From the NCBI GenBank assembly GCA_037444445.1, contig JBBIMK010000002.1, positions 60,001-92,000 of the forward strand: a stretch of 32,000 bases of DNA. The letters are read 5' to 3'. The translations under genes and the position numbers were made by a program. Shown piece by piece: positions 7,735 to 15,567 of this stretch. The notes below the pieces were generated by a model. The model was not told the DNA's origin, did not search any database, and saw only the letters and a list, made by a program, of their open reading frames with translations. Numbering within the stretch: the stretch's first letter is position 1; every line of letters starts with the position of its first letter. Source of the stretch: a bacterium. Its GTDB lineage: Bacteria; UBP7; UBA6624; JBBIMK01.

Positions 7735-8556
7735 ATGCGAAAAATCTCCTGGCTTGCTATTTTCTGCTTTTCACTATTTGTTCTTTTCACACCGGGATGG
7801 GCCGCTGAAGCACAGGAAGAAGAAGTTTGCGTAACCTGTCATGAGATGTTCAAAGGGGATATGCCCAATTTATATCATCCGGTAGAGCTCTGGCGACAAA
7901 GTTCTCACAAAGTCCAGGGAGTCACCTGCACCGGCTGTCACGGGGGAAATCCAAAAGACGAAGCGGAATCTATGAGCACACCCGATTTCATCGGCAAGCC
8001 CTCTGCCTCCACGATTCCATTTATGTGCGGGAAATGCCACACCGACATCAGGGAAGAATACTTATCCGGCGTGCATTCTTTTACATCTGGCTCCCGCCGC
8101 CCCACCTGCATCACCTGCCACAATAGTCATAATATCCAACCCCCGATCCTGGAAAATATCATTGAACATCAGTGCGTCTCCTGCCATAAAGCGGAAGAAA
8201 TCACTTATTTTCAATCTTTCATACTCTCTGTGAACCAGGACGCTGAAAAGGGAAATGAAGAGCTGAAAATGCTACATCATCACTGGGTAGACATTTCCAT
8301 TTACCAGAAGATACTGAACGCCTGGAAAAATAGCACCCGGGTGAAACTCATTCATCTGTCTGAACTGGATAAAGTGAAAAGTGAAACAGAAAAAATTTCG
8401 GCCTCTCTGAAGGAAATTCACCAGAAATATGAGATTATACTCCGGAACGAAGCATTGAAGAAGAAAACAGGAAAATTCACTATCGCCTTTTTACTTCTCT
8501 CGGCGGTGGCCCTCCACTTTTACTACCGGGAAGTGGAAAAGAGCCGAAAAAGGTAA
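7735..8556 (+). CDS. Pentaheme c-type cytochrome with a C-terminal membrane anchor; likely the cytochrome c subunit of the bc-type complex
   Basis: Signal peptide, then five CxxCH motifs (CVTCH, CTGCH, CGKCH, CITCH, CVSCH), a charged helical region and a C-terminal TM helix (FTIAFLLLSAVALHFYY). It starts 3 nt after the cyt b stop. Confidence 0.85.
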   Translation: MRKISWLAIFCFSLFVLFTPGWAAEAQEEEVCVTCHEMFKGDMPNLYHPVELWRQSSHKVQGVTCTGCHGGNPKDEAESMSTPDFIGKPSASTIPFMCGKCHTDIREEYLSGVHSFTSGSRRPTCITCHNSHNIQPPILENIIEHQCVSCHKAEEITYFQSFILSVNQDAEKGNEELKMLHHHWVDISIYQKILNAWKNSTRVKLIHLSELDKVKSETEKISASLKEIHQKYEIILRNEALKKKTGKFTIAFLLLSAVALHFYYREVEKSRKR

Positions 8557-8605
8557 AGCCCGGATTCTCTCGTGCACTCGCTTGCGATAAAATGATAGAA
8601 GGCGG

Positions 8606-9355
8606 ATGGACAAAGAGATTGTTCACACCGTAAAATCTTACGGCATTCTCCTCGTGTGGGTTTCCGCTATCCTTCTCGGCGTGGTGCTTCTTTTACTGGC
8701 GCTCCGTGGTAATCCTTACCATAGCGTAGAATTGGGCTACCGACAGGCTTCCGAAGTGGATGCCGGATTGAGAAGCCGTATACTCTTCGTCTCGTTCCCT
8801 CTGCTCTCCATTCTATTCTCATTTGCCAGCGCCTTTCTTCTGACCTACGATGGAATGAGAGATACGGAAAGTCTTGTATTATGGGGAAGATATGCCGTTA
8901 GCCGGGTAATTTTTCCCCGTCTACTTCTTTTTTTCACCTTCCTGATGGCAACAGCGTTGTTGATAATTCTTTTAATGGGGAATTTTTATACCGATGTTCC
9001 GGATGGAGCAATCTTTATGGCTTCCATAACCTCAGCCACCTATGTCGGTGGCATTTCAGCGGTCGTAAGTGGATTTTTCCGCAATCCGCTTGCAGGATTC
9101 CTTTTATCCTTGCTTCTCTCCGCTTACTTCGGTATTCTTCCATCCTCTGTCCCCGGAATAGAATCCCCCCTCAGAACTCTACTGGATCCATACTTTCTCC
9201 TGCACCACCCCAACTTGATTTCTGGAGAAGGTTTCATCTTTGGCAGGGAGGGTCCAGTGTTTCTGCTGAACCAGGGTTGGTGCTTTCTCATTGGCCTGGG
9301 GTTATTCTTTTACATTCTTCAATTTTTTCAGTTTTATAAGCGCCACTTCTTCTAA
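8606..9355 (+). CDS. Polytopic integral membrane protein of unknown function
   Basis: 249 aa with about 6 hydrophobic segments. It lies 49 nt downstream of the cytochrome operon on the same strand. I recognise no family motif. Confidence 0.6.
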   Translation: MDKEIVHTVKSYGILLVWVSAILLGVVLLLLALRGNPYHSVELGYRQASEVDAGLRSRILFVSFPLLSILFSFASAFLLTYDGMRDTESLVLWGRYAVSRVIFPRLLLFFTFLMATALLIILLMGNFYTDVPDGAIFMASITSATYVGGISAVVSGFFRNPLAGFLLSLLLSAYFGILPSSVPGIESPLRTLLDPYFLLHHPNLISGEGFIFGREGPVFLLNQGWCFLIGLGLFFYILQFFQFYKRHFF

Positions 9356-9424
9356 TTCCTAATTTACAATCCATTCCTTGAAATAAATCACAGAGGCGAA
9401 GAAATGGTGCTTTGTTGACCGTTC

Positions 9425-10720
9425 TCACAACGATGAAATGGGTAGAGTGAGAGAAGCATTGGATATAATGCAAGTTTCCGGGGGTTTGGTGAAGCCTTCA
9501 GCGGAGAAAGCCAGAGCCTCTTCCATATTTTTCGCCGGCAGAAAATGCATTTTTCCTGCAGTTTCTGCTGGCAACCGGGAAAGAAGAACAATTTGGGTCC
9601 GCTGAAGTTTCAAAAAATGACAGTAGGCAATGTGAGCCGTGTGGTCATAATGGTCTCGCATGAGTTCTTCCAGAGTTTCCGGGTGAGTCCAGCGCATCCA
9701 GCGCAGAATGCCCTCTCCAGGCCCTCCATCCAGAGAGGAAACAAACAGGATGCATCCACCATCCCGAACCGCTCGGGAAGCGTGCTCCAGGGCTTTATGG
9801 GCTTGATAATAAGTAAAATCATAGGGGAATCCGCCTGCGGAAGCGATGACCAGGTCAAAGGGTTTATCTATTTTTACCGAGAACCTTTTTTGAACGAAGT
9901 CGCATCCTGCTCTGTGGGCTTTTTCCAGGTCACCCGCAAAAACCCCTATCATTTCTCCACTATCTCCCAGAACGGAGGCAATTGAAAATAGCCAAGCGGA
10001 CCCTGGCATTGCCCGATATTTTTGAACAATATCCCGAATGTCTTCATAAACTGGATTCCCATCCAGAATGCCAGCATCTGCTTTCGGCGCCTTACCACGC
10101 CCCGGTAAAGGCTGTAATACCCGTTTGTGATTCGCCTGTATGGTTTCATAACCGGCTACACCGGGCATAATCATTTTGGGCCCCCCGGTGAAGCCAGCGT
10201 AGTAGTGGAAGGTAATGGAGCCTGTTACCAGAATTTTATCAAATTCAAAAAGCAGTGAATTTAAGTAGATAGGTGTGCCTGCCTCAGAATTACCTAAAAA
10301 TTTCAAATGGCTGAAATCCCGACAATTATGGATATGAATTAGAGAGTTTTGAACGATAGTTTTACCCAGATGCTCTTTTAATAGCCTTTGAAGAGGAGGC
10401 TTATGGGTTCCTGTGGCCACCAAAAATTCCACTTGCGAGGGGAGAGACTCCCGAATAATTTGAATCAACGGTGGTAGCAGAATATCATACCGAACCTTTC
10501 GTGTGGGGTCAGTCACCAGAATCAGGATGCGGTCATTCGGCCTTAAGAAATCGCGGAGTGCCGGAGCCTCTACGGGGTGTTCTAACGCTTCCATTACCCG
10601 GGAAGTCGGCTCTGCCACCGGAGCATAAGAAGGGGAGAGATTTCTATGATTCCAACTCTCGGGGAGAGTCAGGCGAACATGACTGCGACCATAGGGCAGC
10701 GAGTAATGGATTGTTCTCAT
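9425..10720 (-). CDS. larA: LarA-like protein (lactate racemase / DUF2088 family, nickel-pincer-cofactor-dependent family)
   Basis: Family-typical motifs are VATGTHKP, HYYAGFTGGPKMIMPGV, TIQANHK and DGNPV. The length of 431 aa is typical for LarA homologues. Confidence 0.8.
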   Translation of the reverse strand: MRTIHYSLPYGRSHVRLTLPESWNHRNLSPSYAPVAEPTSRVMEALEHPVEAPALRDFLRPNDRILILVTDPTRKVRYDILLPPLIQIIRESLPSQVEFLVATGTHKPPLQRLLKEHLGKTIVQNSLIHIHNCRDFSHLKFLGNSEAGTPIYLNSLLFEFDKILVTGSITFHYYAGFTGGPKMIMPGVAGYETIQANHKRVLQPLPGRGKAPKADAGILDGNPVYEDIRDIVQKYRAMPGSAWLFSIASVLGDSGEMIGVFAGDLEKAHRAGCDFVQKRFSVKIDKPFDLVIASAGGFPYDFTYYQAHKALEHASRAVRDGGCILFVSSLDGGPGEGILRWMRWTHPETLEELMRDHYDHTAHIAYCHFLKLQRTQIVLLSRLPAETAGKMHFLPAKNMEEALAFSAEGFTKPPETCIISNASLTLPISSL

Positions 10721-10751
10721 CTTGAAACTCTACATTTCAAATCTGCATACT

Positions 10752-10853
10752 TCATAATCCAGGATATCCGATCCAGGTGATGAAAAGGCGAGCGAGGAAA
10801 GCCCCCAGAACAACCGCCGCCACTACCATCAGGCTGACGAAAAAAATTGCCAC
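10752..10853 (-). CDS. Possible 33-aa single-TM small protein (below the ORF-track threshold)
   Basis: A GTG-start ORF encodes (M)AIFFVSLMVVAAVVLGAFLARLFITWIGYPGL. It begins 11 nt after the NHL gene stop. It fills most of the 144-nt gap before the LarA-like gene. The SD is weak. Confidence 0.25.
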   Translation of the reverse strand: MAIFFVSLMVVAAVVLGAFLARLFITWIGYPGL

Positions 10854-10864
10854 ACCAGAGGGTC

Positions 10865-11908
10865 CTACTTTGCGCCTTGCAGTTCTAATCGCCAGAGTTT
10901 TCCTCCTTTCATCAGGTCGCCTCCTGTGACCAGGAGGGAGCCGTCTTCCATCACCACTACATCACGAAGGAAGGCGAAGTCCGGGTCGTTCAAATCTTTC
11001 GCCCCCAATCCCCAGAGGAATTTGCCATCGGCATCAAAGGCTTGAAGAACACCGCGGTCATAGTCTACCACAAAAATTCGTCCTTCAGAGTCTACATCCA
11101 GCCCCGCTGGAGTGAGGAACTTCCCTTTTCCCTCTGCTCCATATCCACCGAAATAGGAGAGGTAAGAACCATCCGGGGCGAAAAGATAGATACGCCCCAG
11201 GCTGCGGTCGGACGCATAGACCCGTCCATTCGGCGCCACCGCAAGACCATTGGGAGAAAAGCTCCCCGCCACTTCTGCGGGAGGAGTCAATACACGAATC
11301 ACCTCTCCGTCCTTTCCTACGGCAAGAATTCGCTTGTTTCCTCGGTCGGCGATATAAACAATTTCACTCTCCGGGTCCACAGCCACTGCCTTTGGATTCA
11401 GTAGACTACCGTATCCTTTCCATCGCTGAAACTGATGTTTTCGCCTCCCCTGCTCGTTGATTTGCAGCACCGCATCGCTCCCGTGGTCCACCACGAAGAT
11501 GCTTTCATCTAACCTGGCGATGTCTGTAGGGAAAATGAGGGGTGGGGTATTGAAAAGCCTGAGTTCAACAGAGTTTCTTTTCTCTTCAGCCTTCTCACCA
11601 GAAAAATCAAAAGAATAAATTCGGCCGCCTTTCTTCCGGTCCACATCCACAACAGCATAATTGTCTTTCCCCAGCGCCACAATCCCATAGGGCTCTTTCA
11701 ACGAACTGGAAAGCAGGGTATGCTGGATATCAGGAGCGGGTGCACCTGTCACGAGCGTTTGAATCGTTTTCTGTGCCTCTTTAACCACGACTGTGCGTGG
11801 CTTCAGCGGTGGCGTCTGTGTCAGCAAAATGTAATACACATTCAAAGTGAAAGATGCTGCCGTAATCAGCACAAACCACCAGAACCCATTTATTAATCTC
11901 CGTATCAT
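10865..11908 (-). CDS. Membrane-anchored NHL-repeat beta-propeller protein
   Basis: One N-terminal TM helix (FWWFVLITAASFTLNVYYILL), then about six NHL-type blades (e.g. IVYIADRGNKRILAVGKDGE, RVYASDRSLGRIYLFAPDGS, RIFVVDYDRGVLQAFDADGK). I chose the ATG at 11908 because GAGGAG sits about 7 nt upstream. The track's extension to 12055 has implausible sequence. Confidence 0.8.
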   Translation of the reverse strand: MIRRLINGFWWFVLITAASFTLNVYYILLTQTPPLKPRTVVVKEAQKTIQTLVTGAPAPDIQHTLLSSSLKEPYGIVALGKDNYAVVDVDRKKGGRIYSFDFSGEKAEEKRNSVELRLFNTPPLIFPTDIARLDESIFVVDHGSDAVLQINEQGRRKHQFQRWKGYGSLLNPKAVAVDPESEIVYIADRGNKRILAVGKDGEVIRVLTPPAEVAGSFSPNGLAVAPNGRVYASDRSLGRIYLFAPDGSYLSYFGGYGAEGKGKFLTPAGLDVDSEGRIFVVDYDRGVLQAFDADGKFLWGLGAKDLNDPDFAFLRDVVVMEDGSLLVTGGDLMKGGKLWRLELQGAK

Positions 11909-11929
11909 TAACGCACTCCTCTTTTGAAT

Positions 11930-11935
11930 TATAAT
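11930..11935 (+). promoter_or_regulatory. Candidate -10 hexamer TATAAT upstream of the 11952 membrane-protein ORF
   Basis: A perfect TATAAT 16 nt upstream of the GTG at 11952, within the 43-nt divergent gap. Confidence 0.3.
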
Positions 11936-11951
11936 TACAACGACAGGAATT

Positions 11952-12569
11952 GTGAAGATTGCCGCATTGCTTTTTACTTTGCAAGGGTTGTCTTTGTTAC
12001 TGTTCAAATCCACCTCACTTCGCTTTCCAACGGGCATTCTTCTCACTTTCTTCATTCTGTTCTATACCGGTCTTTCGCTACCTGTACTCCTCGTCCTGAC
12101 GCTTTCCTGGGGTATTTTCTGGGGCCTTCTTCATTGGACGAGAATCCCCTCGTTAAGAAGAATCGTCTTCTCACTGCTGACTTATTCTATTCTTCTTGTT
12201 CTCACCGGGTTCGTGGCAGAAAAAATGTTGAAGCCTCCGCTTCCTCCTCTTTTATGGGCGCCTTTTCCCCCTCTTTTCCTCCTTTCCTCCTACTGGGGAC
12301 CGAGAATACAGGAAGCGAGAGAGGCAGAAAAAAATGCAAAACCAGTTACTTTTTCATCGGAGGAGTTCATCGTAGAAGCGGGGATACGAGGCGTGGAATT
12401 TTTTTTCTGGATGACGGAACTCTATCCATTCATTGTGATTTCCGCTTTTGCTCATGCCATTTTCCTGCGAGGTGTGAGGAAGGAAAAAGCCGGAAGCCGA
12501 TTTTTCAGCGCCCGCTTCTTTACCCTTTTCTGCGCCCTTTTAGGTAGAGAGTGGTTATGGAGGATGTGA
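11952..12569 (+). CDS. Hypothetical integral membrane protein
   Basis: GTG start. The translation has about 5 hydrophobic segments, rich in Leu/Phe. The other open frame over the same span (11924..12547) translates to implausible sequence. No family recognised. Confidence 0.45.
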   Translation: MKIAALLFTLQGLSLLLFKSTSLRFPTGILLTFFILFYTGLSLPVLLVLTLSWGIFWGLLHWTRIPSLRRIVFSLLTYSILLVLTGFVAEKMLKPPLPPLLWAPFPPLFLLSSYWGPRIQEAREAEKNAKPVTFSSEEFIVEAGIRGVEFFFWMTELYPFIVISAFAHAIFLRGVRKEKAGSRFFSARFFTLFCALLGREWLWRM

Positions 12570-12667
12570 AAAAGGAGCCCCGGGAAGCGAGATTTAAATT
12601 TTGAATCTATGTGATTGTTCGGAATTATGTGCTTTGGATTTAGAATTTCCATCAGGAGGGATGAAAA

Positions 12668-14080
12668 ATGCTGGTGGGCGGAAAGTATAAAAAAACTGGA
12701 AAGTTAGTTCAAGTCGCCAGCCCGTATGATGGTAGGATTGTGGGTGAAGTCTGGTATGCGGATGAAAACACGGTGGAAGAAGTCATTCTAACTGCGGAAG
12801 CCGGGAAAAAGATTATGGCTTCCCTTCCCGCCTACCAGCGGTATGAAAAATTAAAAAAATCTGCTGACCTGCTTATTTCTCGGAAGGAAGAATGGGCTCG
12901 CCTGATTGCTTCCGAGTCAGGAAAGACCATACGAGAAGCCACAGCAGAGGTGGAACGGGCATTTCAAACCCTCATAATATCCGCGGAAGAAGCCAGGCGT
13001 CTCCACGGCGAGACCGTGCCTTTTGATGCTGCCCCACGAGGTGAAAATAAGCAGGGATTTTATCTTCGTGTGCCCGTTGGAATTGTATTAGCCATCACAC
13101 CGTTTAACTTTCCTTTGAACCTCGCCTGCCACAAAGTGGGTCCTGCCCTCGCGGGCGGAAATTCTGTCATCCTCAAACCCTCTTCCTACACTCCTCTCAC
13201 CGGAGTAAAATTAGGGGAACTTCTGCTGGAGGCGGGTTTCCCGCCAGAAGCCGTCAGCGTTCTGGTGGGTCCTGGCAGCACGGTGGGGCTCCGCCTGGTT
13301 TCAGACCCTCGTATCCGCCTGATTAGTCTGACAGGAAGTCCGGAAACCGGAGAAGAAATCGCTCATTCCGCTGGCATAAAAAAGTTGCTTTTTGAACTCG
13401 GCTCTAACTCCTCAGTTATTGTGGATGATATTGACCTTCCTGAAACCATTTTGAAGCGTATTATCTTCGGCGCCTATTCTCAAGCCGGTCAGGTCTGCAT
13501 TTCCATCCAGAAACTCTATATCCTAAAATCCAGAAGTCAGGAGGTGATTGAACGATTGGTGAAAATGGTGAAAGCACTTAAGGTTGGTGACCCGCTGGAT
13601 GCCACCACGGATGTGGGACCGATGATAGCAGATTCGGCTGCTGACCGGGCGATGGAATGGATGGAGGAAGCCCTGCAAGCGGGTGCTCAATGCCCCACTG
13701 GCTTGCACCGTCAGGGCCGTCTCATTCAACCGGTTATCCTTATCAACGCTGATGAAAACCTAAGAATCTGCAAAAAGGAAGCCTTTGCACCTGTGCTGGT
13801 GATTCAGGAAGTGGAATCATTTGAAGAGGCTCTCCAGCGTGTGAATGCTTCAGAATACGGCTTACAACTCGGAATTTATACCGAGAATTTGAATCATATT
13901 TTGAAAGCGATTCAGCAGGCAGAGGTGGGCGGAGTTTTCATCAATGACATTCCAACCTTTCGCGTAGATTTAATGCCCTATGGCGGAGTCAAACGAAGTG
14001 GCATCGGGCGGGAAGGTCCCCGCTACGCTGTTGAAGAGATGACCGAGCTCCGCCTGATTTCCCTCCAGCCCCTCGCTTAG
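12668..14080 (+). CDS. NAD(P)+-dependent aldehyde dehydrogenase family protein
   Basis: Full-length ALDH fold at 470 aa. Catalytic Glu context FELGSNS, catalytic Cys context GQVCIS, and the C-terminal PYGGVKRSGIGREG motif. SD AGGAGGG lies 7 nt upstream. Confidence 0.9.
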   Translation: MLVGGKYKKTGKLVQVASPYDGRIVGEVWYADENTVEEVILTAEAGKKIMASLPAYQRYEKLKKSADLLISRKEEWARLIASESGKTIREATAEVERAFQTLIISAEEARRLHGETVPFDAAPRGENKQGFYLRVPVGIVLAITPFNFPLNLACHKVGPALAGGNSVILKPSSYTPLTGVKLGELLLEAGFPPEAVSVLVGPGSTVGLRLVSDPRIRLISLTGSPETGEEIAHSAGIKKLLFELGSNSSVIVDDIDLPETILKRIIFGAYSQAGQVCISIQKLYILKSRSQEVIERLVKMVKALKVGDPLDATTDVGPMIADSAADRAMEWMEEALQAGAQCPTGLHRQGRLIQPVILINADENLRICKKEAFAPVLVIQEVESFEEALQRVNASEYGLQLGIYTENLNHILKAIQQAEVGGVFINDIPTFRVDLMPYGGVKRSGIGREGPRYAVEEMTELRLISLQPLA

Positions 14081-14307
14081 ACAATCCTCCACCAGCGGAG
14101 AGTGGGGATGTTCGCTGGCTTCTTTTACCGGTTTTCCTCTTAGTTAATTGCAAAAAGTCTCATTGGCTCCCTCTCAACTTATTCACAAAGAGTGTGGAGA
14201 AACTCAAGGAAAAAACCTGTAAGTTCCTGAAAAATCTTGAAGAAGATTCGTATAACGGAGAAACTTTTTGGGCATAAGTGGGTTGAATAAAGATAGGGTG
14301 AGAAGAA

Positions 14308-15222
14308 GTGGCAAAGGAATGCTGTCGTCGGGATTTTCTGAAAGGTGCAGTGTTCACGGCGGCCGCCTTTATGACCGGAAAGGGCTCGGCGTTTGCCGTT
14401 CAGAAAGTGATGGAAAAGCGAAAACTGGGCAGAACAGGCTGGAAGGTTTCAGTTGTGGGTTATGGCGGTGGCCCTATTGGGGGCATGCGGATGTCCGATG
14501 AGATGGCCGTGGGCATCCTCCGCCTGGCGATTGACCGGGGGGTGAATTTTTTTGATGTTGCGCCCACTTACGGCCGTAGTGAAATCCGCCTGGGAAAAGC
14601 CATACAGGGGTATCCAAGAAAATCTCTTTTTCTGGCAACGAAAATTGAGAGCGCCAGTGGAGAATGGACGGCGAAGGAAGCCACAGACCTCATTCATCAG
14701 AGTTTGGATAGACTACAGGTGGACACGATTGACCTCATCCAGTTCCATGGGGTCGGAGGAAGGGAAGGGTTGAAGAAAATTCTATCTCCCGGAGGTGGGT
14801 TGGAGGGAGTGAGGAAGGCACAACAAAAGGGTCGTGTCCGATTCGTCGGCATCACGGGCGGACATCATCCGAGAGAGCTGGAAGTAATGGTAGAAGCAAT
14901 AGAAACTGATGAATTTGACACGGTGATGCCTTCTTATAATATTGAATTTACAGAGGCAAGTAATGAAGGTGGAGTTTTTGAAACTGCGGATAAGCACCGC
15001 GTGGGGGTTATTATCAAAAAACCTTTCACCCAGCAACCGCCTCTACCAAGATGGTTCGGTGGAGGGTATCGGAGCCTGATTCCGGATTACGGAGTAGAGA
15101 AGTGTATGCACTTCGTGATTCGTAGTCCTGGGGTTCATGTCGTCATCCCTGGCATGCACACTATGGAACATGTGGAACAGGACACGGCGTGTGGATACAC
15201 CGCTCCCATTTTCTTACCGTGA
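14308..15222 (+). CDS. Aldo/keto reductase with a twin-arginine (Tat) signal peptide
   Basis: The N-terminus is CRRDFLKGAVFTAAAFMTGKGSAFA. The AKR catalytic tetrad contexts are FFDVA (D), PTYG (Y), LATK (K) and IQFHG (H). GTG start. Confidence 0.85.
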   Translation: MAKECCRRDFLKGAVFTAAAFMTGKGSAFAVQKVMEKRKLGRTGWKVSVVGYGGGPIGGMRMSDEMAVGILRLAIDRGVNFFDVAPTYGRSEIRLGKAIQGYPRKSLFLATKIESASGEWTAKEATDLIHQSLDRLQVDTIDLIQFHGVGGREGLKKILSPGGGLEGVRKAQQKGRVRFVGITGGHHPRELEVMVEAIETDEFDTVMPSYNIEFTEASNEGGVFETADKHRVGVIIKKPFTQQPPLPRWFGGGYRSLIPDYGVEKCMHFVIRSPGVHVVIPGMHTMEHVEQDTACGYTAPIFLP

Positions 15223-15501
15223 AGATAAGCCAGAAACTATTCATACATCCATCTGCTCGGGTTTTGAGTTAAAGAAGCGGTAGAATCAGAGAATTTGACA
15301 GAGGTAAACGGATGCATTTCTTTCTTTTCCCATTTGATTGAGTAAAGGAACTCCGACTCCTTATCATATCCTTTCCCTGTTATCCTTTCTACGGGCGCCC
15401 ACAGGTCGGTTACCTCAAGCCTGCGGTCCGCACAGCGAGGGGCACTTTCTCCTTCCAGAGCCGCCTATACATAGACGGGCAACGCCGGCGGCAGAGATAA
15501 C

Positions 15502-15531
15502 TTGACAATGCCTGAAAGATTGAATTACAAT
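15502..15531 (+). promoter_or_regulatory. Near-consensus sigma70-type promoter TTGACA-N18-TACAAT for the SNF2 gene
   Basis: TTGACA at 15502-15507, an 18-nt spacer, then TACAAT at 15526-15531. It overlaps the ORF-track's TTG start, which argues that the real start lies downstream. Confidence 0.55.
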
Positions 15532-15567
15532 AAGATGTTGGGACAGAACTTAAAGGAAGGAAAAGAA

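Noticed and set aside
11909-12055. The N-terminal 49-aa extension of the NHL protein given in the ORF track
   Set aside because: The extension has no signal or TM logic and would overlap the divergent membrane-protein ORF and its TATAAT box. The internal ATG at 11908 has a GAGGAG SD and yields a normal N-terminal TM anchor.
11924-12547. A 207-aa ORF in a second open frame over the same span as the 11952 membrane-protein ORF
   Set aside because: Both frames are open because the region is pyrimidine-rich. This frame gives an implausible Ser/Arg/Phe/Cys-rich sequence, whereas the 11952 frame gives coherent TM segments.
15181-15300. A possible frameshift or C-terminal truncation of the aldo/keto reductase
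   Set aside because: The AKR ends somewhat abruptly (ACGYTAPIFLP). I translated the two alternative frames past the stop. Neither gives a convincing AKR C-terminal sequence, and both terminate within about 25 codons. There is not enough evidence to call a pseudogene.
15391-15500. SRP (4.5S) RNA or RNase P RNA on the minus strand of the GC-rich island
   Set aside because: The minus strand contains UCU-GGAA-GGA and GGAGAAAGUG, which superficially recall the SRP helix 8 tetraloop and the RNase P GGAGGAAAGUCC element. However, the conserved SRP AGCA/AGG internal loops are absent and no complementary P4 3' strand is present. The remaining AT-rich ~170 nt is too short and too unstructured for RNase P.
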